64,000 nucleotides of DNA from Candidatus Marinacidobacterales bacterium (lineage in GTDB: Bacteria > Acidobacteriota > Vicinamibacteria > Marinacidobacterales > SMYC01): the NCBI GenBank assembly GCA_965237955.1, contig OZ250169.1, positions 7,424,001 to 7,488,000 of the forward strand. Direction: 5' to 3'. Shown here piece after piece: positions 1 to 8,915 of this stretch. Under the pieces are notes generated by a model. That model worked only from the letters and a program-made list of their open reading frames with translations, was not told where the DNA came from and ran no database searches. Each line of letters starts with the position of its first letter. Positions within the stretch are counted from its first letter, which is position 1. Both the position numbers and the translations under genes were made by a program.

Positions 1-181
1 CGCTCAGCTCCTCCGGGAGCGGCCAGCTCAGACCACCCTTCTTCGCCTTGGCCAGGTACTCACTCACCGTTCCAACCGCCACGCGAAGTGCCTTTGCGAT
101 CATGCGGTGAGTAAAACCCAGCTCGTACTTTAACCTTAGAACCTCTCGTATTTTTCTCATCGATAACCTCTTAGCTGCCAT
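1..181 (-). CDS. istA: IS21-family transposase IstA, N-terminus (runs off window edge)
   Basis: Manual translation from ATG at 181: MAAKRLSMRKIREVLRLKYELGFTHRMIAKALRVAVGTVSEYL..., a typical IstA N-terminal HTH; not in the ORF track. Confidence 0.85.
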   Translation of the reverse strand, partial: MAAKRLSMRKIREVLRLKYELGFTHRMIAKALRVAVGTVSEYLAKAKKGGLSWPLPEELS

Positions 182-242
182 TTCCTAGATCGTCCTCCTT
201 CCGGGTACGACCTAGAGTTGCCTTGAAACGTGCTATCGATGA

Positions 243-401
243 GCGTTCGCGATGCCGGAACCGGCGTTCACGTTGCCTGGAATCCGTGTTCACCTTCCCC
301 GGAATCGATGTTCACGATCCCCGGAATCCGTGTTCACGATGCTTTGGAATGGATGTTCACCTTCGGCTGGAATCTGCGTTCACGATGCCCCGGAATACGC
401 A
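243..401 (-). repeat. IS21 left end with ~7 tandem ~22-bp transposase-binding repeats
   Basis: Repeated GTTCAC(G/C)N6-7GGAA(T/C) at ~22-bp period, ending in TACGCA (TG terminus on - strand), upstream of istA. Confidence 0.8.
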
Positions 402-616
402 GGAAGAGTCCTTCCATGGTTCGCCGATGGACCGCTCTTGGCGTCGTCACCGCGCAGAAAGAGTTCCGGCGTATCAAAGGCTATCGCCATATGGGCGCTC
501 TCGTTCACGCGCTTAGAAGCAAACAGAAATCTCTTGCCAGCGATGAGTTTGCTGCCTAAGAGTATTCACAGGTGCCGCCGCTACCCGACCAAATTCAACA
601 GCGGCCGGGACATCCC
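402..616 (+). pseudogene. IS256-family transposase C-terminal remnant and right end, interrupted by IS21
   Basis: RWTALGVVTAQKEFRRIKGYRHM...AA* (stop 559) followed by AAATTCAACAGCGGCCGGGACATCCC. Confidence 0.7.
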
Positions 617-644
617 CCCTTGGCCCGGTCGCAAACACAGACAC

Positions 645-698
645 TAAGCTGCTGATTTATGGTCTATTTCAAAAAGGCCGAGTTTTGACACAGGACGG
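645..698 (+). repeat. Orphan IS-end-like sequence, inverted copy of 6057-6110
   Basis: 54-bp inverted repeat, 4 mismatches, ending TTTTGACACAGGACGG. Confidence 0.7.
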
Positions 699-932
699 CG
701 TTGACGAAAGCGGGCACAATATTCGAGAGCAGACGCAAGAGCGAACCTTTCCACGTTTACAATGACGTCAGATCACCTCATCCGTTCGCCGCGAAACGGC
801 CAATCCTGGCAGGTCTAAACTGCAGAATCAACGACGGACCGAGTTTTTGCGGAGCACAGGATTGTTCGCTACCGGGAATCCGTAGCCGCTTCCTCGGCCG
901 AAACGAATCGCTAGAATTGTGGCACCCGCTTC

Positions 933-1604
933 CTACACGAGCGAGTCCAAGTTCACGTAGGAAACCTGGAGGTGGGGGAACTCCTTCTTGATCTCAGTTA
1001 TCAGCTGGGTCGTTTCTTTGGAGCTGCCCGGGACGATCCTGGCTCGAATCTGCACTTGGTCATCCTCGATATCAAATCTCTGAATCGTCATCCCTCCCGT
1101 TAATCGCTCGAGAGCTTCGACGACACTAGCCTCGTCGGCGGTTTCGAGAAAGAGCTGGGCATCGCCGATGACGGTCAAGAGAAGGTTCTGCCGCGACGCG
1201 CCCCAACCGAGAACGCTCCGGCCGACGATGAAGATCGTGACGATGACCACGGCGACCACGGCGAGCAATCGGTGCTCGGCGCCGAGCGCGAGCCCGACCC
1301 CGATGCACAAAAAGAGATAAACCAGCTCCTCCGATGTCTTGATCGCCGCGCGGAAGCGGACGATCGAGAGCGCCCCGACCAATCCCAGGGAAAGTGCCAG
1401 CGAGGCCTTCACGACGAAGATGATGACGACCGTCACCATGGTGAGCATCGGGAACACACCGGAGAAATTGTCACGGTTGGAGATGGAGGTGCCGAAGCGC
1501 TTATAGAGCTCTCGGATGTAGAGCGCGAGAACTCCGCCGATGAGCATATTTGCGGCGCAGTTGAGCACCAAGGTAGACTCGGGTCCTAGATTCTGTGGCC
1601 ACAT
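933..1604 (-). CDS. DUF4956 family membrane protein (MgtC-like TM region + C-terminal soluble domain)
   Basis: SLALSLGLVGALSIVRFRAAIK..EL.YLF motif; several TM helices. Confidence 0.88.
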   Translation of the reverse strand: MWPQNLGPESTLVLNCAANMLIGGVLALYIRELYKRFGTSISNRDNFSGVFPMLTMVTVVIIFVVKASLALSLGLVGALSIVRFRAAIKTSEELVYLFLCIGVGLALGAEHRLLAVVAVVIVTIFIVGRSVLGWGASRQNLLLTVIGDAQLFLETADEASVVEALERLTGGMTIQRFDIEDDQVQIRARIVPGSSKETTQLITEIKKEFPHLQVSYVNLDSLV

Positions 1605-1686
1605 TGCCCGGCGATTCTATCTCACCTTGGCTTCCCCAAGGAAGTCGTGCTGGACCGAAGCCACATAACCTGCGAAACTCCCGAGG

Positions 1687-3651
1687 TTGATCGATATGCA
1701 AAAGATGCTTCCCGCCACGATGGCCTTCGTTCTCGTCGTCCTGTCGTCACTTGTTGGCGCCACCACGCAGGGCGTCGTGGCCGATACGCGCTTCAATCGC
1801 GAGCGCGGTTTCTATGACTCGGGTTTTGCCGTCGTCATCCAGTCCCGCACCGCTGGCGCACATATTCGATACACCACCGATGGAAGCTCACCGAGCCCGA
1901 CGCATGGTCTCGGCGACGAGAACCCCGTGGTCGTGAGGATCGAGAGCACGACGACGCTGCGCGCGATGGCGTACAAGGCAGGGCTCACGCCGAGTAATGT
2001 CGACACCCACACCTACATTTTTCCGAAGCACGTCGTCAGACAGCCCCGCTACCCGAGCGGATTTCCGACCTCGATAGGTGGGACCGGCATGGGCGATTTG
2101 ACTGAATTTGACTACGAGATGGACCCCGCAATCGTGGATCATGCAGATTATCGTCGCGAGATCCTCTCCGCTATGAAGGCGATTCCGTCGCTTTCCATCG
2201 TGATGGACAAGCAAGATCTATTCGGCCAAGTGTTTGCCGATGACGGTGAGCTGAAGCGCTCGGAAAGCGGCGTCTATTTCCGGAGCCAGGAGAAGCCCGG
2301 TAGAGGCCCCGCATCGGTAGAGCTCATCTATCCACACGCACCCGATCGTGGATTCCAGGTGGATTGCGCCATCGAATCGCATGCAGGCTACGGCGTCAAA
2401 CGAGCGCTCAAACTGGTTTTCAAGAACGAGTATGGGGTCGGCAAGCTCCGCACGAAGCTCATGCAGGACGCTCCTCTCAACGGAGAATCGGCCAAGACCA
2501 AGTTCGACCGGCTCGTATTGCGTTCGGGCCACACGCGCTCCTTCGCGGGCTACGACGCCGGTAAGACGACCTACGCGAGGGATCAGTGGTTACGCGATAC
2601 AGAGATCGCGATGACCGGGCTCGGCGCGCACGGATCCTTCGTCCACCTGTATCTGAATGGCTTCTACTGGGGTCTCTACAACGCGGCCGAGCGTCCGGAC
2701 GGATGGTTCACCTCGGCGCATTTGGGCGGTGAAAAGTCAGACTGGATGGCTGTGAATCACAACGGCGTGCTGCACGGTGACGATAGGCGATGGCAGTACC
2801 TTCGCGGGCCGTTGAAAGACAAAGATATGCAGGTCCTCCAGAATTATCGAGAGCTTCAGCAATATCTGGACGTCGAGCATTTCGCCGACTACATCATTCT
2901 CGCGTGGTACTCGAGACTCTACGACTGGGGACCCGATCGAAACTGGTATGGGGGTAATAGAAACAACCCGCCGGGCCCTTTCCGCTTCTTCATGTGGGAT
3001 GCGGAATACACGTTGTTCTCGGGGGCCACGCCTATGGCATGGGTGCACGAACTCTTCACTCGGTCAGCGGCGACGCGATCGGGGGATATGGTCGGGCTCT
3101 GGAACGCGCTCGTACAGAGTCCCGAGTTCATGATGCTGTTCGCCGATCAAGTCTATCAACACTGTTTCCGGGGCGCGCTCACCGAAGAGCGCTCGATTGC
3201 CCGTTGGAGGCGACTGGTGGCTTTCATCGAGTCGGCGGTGGTCGCGGAGTCCGCCCGCTGGGGTGATGCACGCAAAGCGCTCGGCGAGCCGACAAGGACG
3301 CGGAACGACACTTTCTTGCCACAGGTAAGAAGAGTCGAAGAAGTGATGACGGGAAACGTCTCGCACTTCATCGAAGTCTTGAGACAAGAGGACTATTATC
3401 CTCGGATCGACCCGCCCGAGCCCACGAGGATTTCCGCATCCTCGGTCACGCTGCTCCAAACCCAAGGCGCCGAGATTTATGTGACTCGTGATGGTAGCGA
3501 TCCTCGCGCGGTCGGCGGGGTTGTCTCGAAGCGGGCAGAACACGTGCGAAGCGGTGACAGCATCGCGCTCGAAGGCGGGAGGAAGCTCAAGGCGCGCGCC
3601 CGGGACGGAATAGAATGGAGCGCATTGCGCATTGTTTCGGAGACCTCGTGA
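1687..3651 (+). CDS. Secreted CotH-family kinase with chitobiase/Fn3-associated domains
   Basis: Signal peptide; IRYTTDGSSP and YVTRDGSDP Fn3-associated motifs; FVHLYLNGFYWGLYNAAER, DW..N and F.MWDAE CotH kinase motifs. Confidence 0.88.
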   Translation: MIDMQKMLPATMAFVLVVLSSLVGATTQGVVADTRFNRERGFYDSGFAVVIQSRTAGAHIRYTTDGSSPSPTHGLGDENPVVVRIESTTTLRAMAYKAGLTPSNVDTHTYIFPKHVVRQPRYPSGFPTSIGGTGMGDLTEFDYEMDPAIVDHADYRREILSAMKAIPSLSIVMDKQDLFGQVFADDGELKRSESGVYFRSQEKPGRGPASVELIYPHAPDRGFQVDCAIESHAGYGVKRALKLVFKNEYGVGKLRTKLMQDAPLNGESAKTKFDRLVLRSGHTRSFAGYDAGKTTYARDQWLRDTEIAMTGLGAHGSFVHLYLNGFYWGLYNAAERPDGWFTSAHLGGEKSDWMAVNHNGVLHGDDRRWQYLRGPLKDKDMQVLQNYRELQQYLDVEHFADYIILAWYSRLYDWGPDRNWYGGNRNNPPGPFRFFMWDAEYTLFSGATPMAWVHELFTRSAATRSGDMVGLWNALVQSPEFMMLFADQVYQHCFRGALTEERSIARWRRLVAFIESAVVAESARWGDARKALGEPTRTRNDTFLPQVRRVEEVMTGNVSHFIEVLRQEDYYPRIDPPEPTRISASSVTLLQTQGAEIYVTRDGSDPRAVGGVVSKRAEHVRSGDSIALEGGRKLKARARDGIEWSALRIVSETS

Positions 3652-4844
3652 ACCGGGCATTCATCCTCATCGTCCTGGCGCTTTCCGGATGTGACCGACC
3701 TCGGACATCGCTCGTCGAGCGCGGCGTTCCGGCGGAACGCGTGCAGCTCAAGCTCTCGGGTGCTGCACGTGATGCCTTGGTCTTTCCTTTTCCCGCCGAG
3801 CGCCGTTTCGAGATGGATCTCCCAAGTGCGGCTTTTCTCCGTGTTTCACCGGCGCTCGTCACCGAGCAGAACGTCCGCCGCGCTCGCGTTTCCTTTCGGG
3901 TCATCGTCGAAACGGAAGACGACTCGGTCGAGGTCTTCGACGAGATCTTTCGATTCGGCGACGCCAACCGCTGGCACTCGCGCGTTGTGGACTTGAGCGC
4001 GTGGTCGGAAGAGCGCGTCACGCTCGTGCTCGTCACGCGTACACCCGAGGATCGTAGTGCCGATATTCTGTGGGCCGACCGGATCCGGGCGGTCTGGGGC
4101 GAACTCGCGCTTGTCTCGAACCCGGAACGTATGCTCGCGAAAGCGGCGGACGACCTCACACGCGATGCGGAATCCTGGCTTCTGGAACAAGGTGGAGTCA
4201 CGCCCGTCGACTACAACCAAGGAGTGAGTCTCGCCACGAATCTTATCCTGGCTGGCCTGTTTGCGCTCGTCATTCGCGGGCTCTATATCCGCTTCGCCTC
4301 CGTCCCATCGAATCGCCACGCCTTCGCTAACCTGTTTCCCGTGTTTACCCTCACGACCGTTCTTGTCATCGTCGTCGTAGAGTCGTCACTCGCTCTGTCG
4401 CTCGGGCTCATCGGTGCACTTTCGATCATTCGCTTTCGCACCGCCGTCAAAACGCCGGACGAGATCGCCTATCTGCTGTTTTGCATCGCCGTGGGTGTCG
4501 CCCTCGGGGCGCGCCAAGGCCCTCTGGCCGTCGCGGTCGTCGTGCTCGTCTCCCTCTTCGTGGTTGTGCGCCAACGGTTGTGGCCGCAGATGCCAGACAG
4601 GACGCTCCTTCTCATCGTTTCCGGCGACGCCGACCGTTTCTTTGAGGAGCATGCTCTAGAGCAGCTACGGCACGTCGTCCAAGAGTTCCGGGTGCGAAGA
4701 CTCGAGCAGGAAGGCCTCCGCATAGAGCTTTCGGCCGTGGTCACGGTCACGGGTCCGCGGGGCGTGGCCCAACTCGTGGCCGACATTCGGAAAAAGCTTC
4801 CCGCGTTCCAGTTCTCGTTTGTCGAGGCCGATGAGATCCCCTGA
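3648..4844 (+). CDS. Lipoprotein-type N-terminal domain fused to DUF4956
   Basis: GTG overlaps the CotH stop; lipobox LSGC; C-terminal SLALSLGLIGALSIIRFRTAVK motif. Confidence 0.85.
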   Translation: MNRAFILIVLALSGCDRPRTSLVERGVPAERVQLKLSGAARDALVFPFPAERRFEMDLPSAAFLRVSPALVTEQNVRRARVSFRVIVETEDDSVEVFDEIFRFGDANRWHSRVVDLSAWSEERVTLVLVTRTPEDRSADILWADRIRAVWGELALVSNPERMLAKAADDLTRDAESWLLEQGGVTPVDYNQGVSLATNLILAGLFALVIRGLYIRFASVPSNRHAFANLFPVFTLTTVLVIVVVESSLALSLGLIGALSIIRFRTAVKTPDEIAYLLFCIAVGVALGARQGPLAVAVVVLVSLFVVVRQRLWPQMPDRTLLLIVSGDADRFFEEHALEQLRHVVQEFRVRRLEQEGLRIELSAVVTVTGPRGVAQLVADIRKKLPAFQFSFVEADEIP

Positions 4845-5559
4845 AGCGCCGTCGTTTGCTCTAGAGTCCGCGAGCGTCGCCGCACCTGGGCGCCGCGAGG
4901 TCAAGTTCTCACTTCCAAATGTGGACGCCGGGAAATTTAGCTCCATACTGGACGTCAATTGCCGCCGCGTGAGCTATGCGGGCGCGACGTCGCGTGTGTG
5001 CAGCATCTATTTCGACGACGCGGCCTTGAGCGCTTTCCGAGCCAACCTCGACGGCACGTCGCGGCGCACGAAGACCCGCATCCGTTGGTACGACACCCCG
5101 TTTCCGGAAAAGAGGTTATTTTTCGAAGTCAAACGTCGCGAGGATCACGCGATCTTCAAAGAGAGAGCACCGATAGTGGCTAGCGCCTCGCTCGCTTCGA
5201 TGTCCTTTCACGAGATCGTCGTGGGACTCGCGCGCGTTCTTCCGGCGCGCCTACGGGAGCACCTGATGGCCCGCTCGGAGCCCAAGCTCCTGATCGAGTA
5301 CGAGCGCACTTACTACGAAGCTTTGAATGGCCCTATCCGCATCACGCTTGATCGTGGCCTCACCTTCTGGGGACAGGGCGGGCTGTATCCGAACCGCGGC
5401 TTTCCAGCGCGTGTCCCCGGCTTGACGATCCTCGAAGGGAAAGCCCCGTTTGGTCACCAAGAACGCATCCGGGAGATCCTCCACCCCCTCGAACCCTGGG
5501 TAACTCGTTCGTCGAAATACGTCCTGGCGTGCCAACACCTCGGGCTGTCGCCGCCGTGA
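4831..5559 (+). CDS. VTC domain (polyphosphate polymerase, CYTH/TTM fold) protein
   Basis: RREVKF, V.SIYFDD, R.KTRIRWY, FFEVKRR, Y.R..Y, RITLD, ILE.K and SKY motifs. Confidence 0.88.
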   Translation: MRSPEAPSFALESASVAAPGRREVKFSLPNVDAGKFSSILDVNCRRVSYAGATSRVCSIYFDDAALSAFRANLDGTSRRTKTRIRWYDTPFPEKRLFFEVKRREDHAIFKERAPIVASASLASMSFHEIVVGLARVLPARLREHLMARSEPKLLIEYERTYYEALNGPIRITLDRGLTFWGQGGLYPNRGFPARVPGLTILEGKAPFGHQERIREILHPLEPWVTRSSKYVLACQHLGLSPP

Positions 5560-5717
5560 GTGCATTATGTACACGCACGCGCAGCGCAGCGCCACGCCAA
5601 CTCGGAAAGCGATATCGTCATCTAAGATGACATCCTCGATTCTTGCGTCCGGAACTCAGAAACACAACACGACTCTGCCGCCTCGGGCCGGGCGCAAACC
5701 AAAAAGCTCCCCCAATT

Positions 5718-6058
5718 GCTCAAAACTAGACAGTTATTTTGTCGGCGGCCCTAAGAAGCCTCGGTGTGAACGTCAGCAGCAAAACCGTCGGTCGACTGCT
5801 CAAACAGCTCGGCTTCTCGTTGCGGGTGAACCACAAGAAGCTGTGCGGTGCCACGTCCGAAGATCGCGATACCCAATTCGCGTGTATCGCCGAACTGCGC
5901 GAGCGTTTTGCCGCAGCTGGTCATCCCATCATCAGCGTAGACACGAAGAAACGGGAGCTGGTGGGATTATTCAAAAACGGCGGGCAGGCCTGGAACCGCG
6001 AGCCGACTCTCGTCAAAGACCATGACTTCCGTTCCGAATCGAACGGCATCGCAATCCC
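5718..6058 (+). pseudogene. Orphan ISAzo13-like left end joined to an internal transposase fragment
   Basis: 5718-5751 is identical to the element end at 8003-8036; 5751-6058 is a near-identical inverted copy of ~6664-6972. Confidence 0.85.
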
Positions 6059-6110
6059 GTCCTGTGCCAAAACTCGGCCCTTTTGAAATAGACCATAAAT
6101 CAGCCACTTA
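6057..6110 (-). repeat. Orphan IS-end-like sequence, inverted copy of 645-698
   Basis: CCGTCCTGTGCCAAAACTCGGCCCTTTTGAAATAGACCATAAATCAGC. Confidence 0.7.
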
Positions 6111-6138
6111 GGGCCGGCGACAAAATAAGTTCCCGTTT

Positions 6139-7050
6139 TCAAGACGGTCGGATGGTGTAGTTCCATTTGGGTAGAGTCTGGTCCTTTGTAACGGAAAGCG
6201 CCTGCATCCGCTCGTCAGTGATTTTGACGCCCTTCGGATAACGACGCCGGATAAGGTGTGCGCGTACTCGCAAACCGGAAGAGGTGGTGGTCGTGCGGAT
6301 GTATTTGAGGATGGTTTCGTAGCTGTCGAGAGGCCTGCCCGCCCAGTTCTTGCTGATCTCGCTGAACAGACGGTGCTCCACTGGATTCCACTTGGATGTA
6401 CCGGACGGATAGTGGGCTATGGTGATAGCGATGTCGTGGCGATTGCAAATCCGCGTTTGAAGCCCGTGCTTCCAACCCCGACACCGATAGCCATTGCTGC
6501 CCCCGGCGTCTGCCAATATCGCGAGGTCACGGGCTGCAGGATAGCGTCGCCGTCCTTCCGTTCGCCACCACTTCTCGATGGCATTCACGGCGAAGTCCGG
6601 GGTGTTGTACGAGGTACCAATGAACACTGTCCCGCGGTTCGCGAGCAGATCGTAGACGCCGTAGGGGATTGCGATGCCGTTCGATTCGGAACGGAAGTCA
6701 TGGTCTTTGACGAGAGTCGGCTCACGGTTCCAGGCCTGCCCGCCGTTTTTGAATAATCCCACCAGCTCCCGTTTCTTCGTGTCTACGCTGATGATGGGAT
6801 GACCAGCTGCGGCAAAACGCTCGCGCAGTTCGGCGATACACGCGAATTGGGTATCGCGATCTTCGGACGTGGCACCGCACAGCTTCTTGTGGTTCACCCG
6901 CAACGAGAAGCCGAGCTGTTTGAGCAGTCGACCGACGGTTTTGCTGCTGACGTTCACACCGAGGCTTCTTAGCTCGCAAGCAATCTTGTCGGTGGTCCGC
7001 CGCGTCCATTTCACTCCCGTCATCGGATCGCCCGCGGTGTCGTGCTTCAT
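6139..7050 (-). CDS. ISAzo13-family (Rhodopirellula-type) DDE transposase
   Basis: TAGDPM..KWT, ISVDTKKRELVG, ADAGGSNGYR, HYPSGTSKWNPVEHRLFS, WNYTI motifs. Confidence 0.92.
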   Translation of the reverse strand: MKHDTAGDPMTGVKWTRRTTDKIACELRSLGVNVSSKTVGRLLKQLGFSLRVNHKKLCGATSEDRDTQFACIAELRERFAAAGHPIISVDTKKRELVGLFKNGGQAWNREPTLVKDHDFRSESNGIAIPYGVYDLLANRGTVFIGTSYNTPDFAVNAIEKWWRTEGRRRYPAARDLAILADAGGSNGYRCRGWKHGLQTRICNRHDIAITIAHYPSGTSKWNPVEHRLFSEISKNWAGRPLDSYETILKYIRTTTTSSGLRVRAHLIRRRYPKGVKITDERMQALSVTKDQTLPKWNYTIRPS

Positions 7051-7898
7051 GAGTTCTTCGATCTTGGCGATGACTTCTGGCGTTTTTTTTGCACGGCGCG
7101 CCGTCCGCCACCCTTTCGCCGAACTCCGTCGAGCTCAACATCTCTCATTAGCAATTCCCTACGACCTCTGGCTACCGTGCTCGGATCCATCCCGAGCAGT
7201 TCGGCAATCTGTTGGTCGCCACCGTGACCGAGCTTCATGGCCTCGACTCCCGCGTAGAGACGGCGCTGCTTTTCATCGAGCAGGCTGTAGAAAAGAACGA
7301 TCGCAGCCTTCAACTCCACGGGGAGCACGCGGACTCCCCCGACCCAGCCCAACGTGGAAGGTGACGCCTCATGTACCTGGCGGGCCGAGAGCTGTTGCTT
7401 GCGCGTGCTCACATCGGTGGCCAGATACAGATATCGGCCGAACACCTGCTCGCGCGCCAATCTTTTCTCTCGGACCAGTTTCAACAGAGGAGCCTTGACG
7501 TCAACCTGCACCACGTCCTCGAGCTCGTCGACGTAGTAGCCTGCCTCACAGGCCGCGACCAACGCTTTTACCGTCGCAAGCAACGTCCCGTACTTCGAGA
7601 ACCACACTGAGCGCAACGACCAAAGACCTTTTCGATCGAACTGGGCGATCTCGTCCAACGTGTAGTAGCTACCACGGTGGGAGTAGCTTGTCCGATACGC
7701 CAACTCATTGAGCTTTCGGAAGACGGTCGAGTCCACATCGGTACCCAACACTGCCTTCAAATCATCGAGGGTAGCTATTTTGTGCTTCCTCAACAGGCGG
7801 TCGAGATCTTCAGACTGATAGCTCGTAGGTCTCATAATAGGAGAAGTGCTCCTTGATAGGCGTAATCCTCCCTGAAATGAGGACCGTTTGTCAAACAC
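7047..7898 (-). CDS. ISAzo13-like element upstream ORF (C-terminal HTH, transposase N-terminal part)
   Basis: LDEKQRRLYAG..A..LGHGG...IA.LLG....TVARGRREL; A-rich run near the junction with the next ORF. Confidence 0.75.
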   Translation of the reverse strand: MFDKRSSFQGGLRLSRSTSPIMRPTSYQSEDLDRLLRKHKIATLDDLKAVLGTDVDSTVFRKLNELAYRTSYSHRGSYYTLDEIAQFDRKGLWSLRSVWFSKYGTLLATVKALVAACEAGYYVDELEDVVQVDVKAPLLKLVREKRLAREQVFGRYLYLATDVSTRKQQLSARQVHEASPSTLGWVGGVRVLPVELKAAIVLFYSLLDEKQRRLYAGVEAMKLGHGGDQQIAELLGMDPSTVARGRRELLMRDVELDGVRRKGGGRRAVQKKRQKSSPRSKNS

Positions 7899-8039
7899 GC
7901 GCTGGTTGCTGAAGATCTACAAATGTTCCGTTTCTAGGGAGCTTGCCAGGCTCTCGTGATGCCAGACGACATCGCGATCACGACCTGAAACAGGAAGAGT
8001 GTGCTCAAAACTAGACAGTTATTTTGTCGGCGGCCCTTA

Positions 8040-8520
8040 GGAGGAGCGCGAGAGCCGAGGGGGCGCGTCGCCTCCACATACGGCCTGCGGAGCCCTTCTC
8101 GATGCCGAGGACCTCGGTCTCGAGATGGACTTCGACGCCGAGCTGACGCGTGCGCTCGACGAGCCGATCCACGGGATCGGCGTCGAAGCCTTTGAGGGCC
8201 GGGAATGGTGCACGAGGGGTGACGTTCGAGCCGGCTCTCGCTGCGAGATGTGCGAACTCGAAGGAGATGTAGCCCCCGCCAACGAACAGCAGGCGGCGCG
8301 GAAGCTCCTCAAGCTCGAGAAATGCGGTGCTCGTCGTCAGGTGCTCGCTTCCCGGGATCCCGAGCTCCATGGTTTGGCGCCGACTCCGATATGCACGTGG
8401 CACGCGTCCAGTGTCTCGCCGTTCACCTCCATGGTGCTGAGCCGACCGAAATGCGCGCGGCCGTGAAACACCTCGATTCCGGCTCGGGTGAAGCTCTTCT
8501 CTCGGCTGGCGGGAACGGGC
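8040..8520 (-). pseudogene. Pyridine nucleotide-disulfide oxidoreductase fragment (frameshifted)
   Basis: REKSF..AGIEVFHGRAHF, then FLELEELPRRLLFVGGGYISFEFAH and LKGFDADPV across frames. Confidence 0.75.
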
Positions 8521-8906
8521 TCGCCCTTCTCGACGGGCTTGCTCTCACCCGTCACCATGGCCTCGTTGACCTTGGTGCGGCCTTCGACGATGAGGCCGTC
8601 GGTCGGAAAGTTGGCTCGCATCGGGTAGATCTTGACGTCGATGCCATGGCCCTCCAGGTAGAAGCCGTGGACGACGTCGGGCGAGGCGAAGCGCAACCGC
8701 ACGGTGTCACCCTTGTTCACGCGGATCACGGCCGGCTCGTACGCGTATTTGGTGGTTACCACGGTGAACTCTCGCTCCTGCGGCTTCGACACGCCCGGGG
8801 CGACCACGAAGCCGAGGGTTCCCGTTGCAGCCATCGCCAAGCAAAAGACCAGGGGCCCGTAGACGATATGGCCTCGCGTCCCTGCCGTTGCGTTTGTGAG
8901 GTTCAT
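8337..8906 (-). pseudogene. Chimeric ORF: cupredoxin (COX2-like) N-terminus + P1B-ATPase actuator fragment + oxidoreductase fragment
   Basis: YAYEPAVIRVNKGDTVRLRFASPDVVHGF | FPTDGLIVEGRTKVNEAMVTGESKPVEKG | EPVPASREKSF. Confidence 0.7.
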
Positions 8907-8915
8907 AGGGGAGTC

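Larger units (their letters stand above)
6111..8036 (-). mobile_element. ISAzo13-like insertion sequence
   Basis: Terminal IRs GGGCCGGCGACAAAATAA / TTATTTTGTCGGCGGCCC, with TTA on both flanks (6108-6110, 8037-8039). Confidence 0.85.

Noticed and set aside
243-401. CRISPR-like periodic repeats
   Set aside because: 22-bp period leaves no room for spacers, the repeats are degenerate, there are no cas genes, and the position matches an IS21 end
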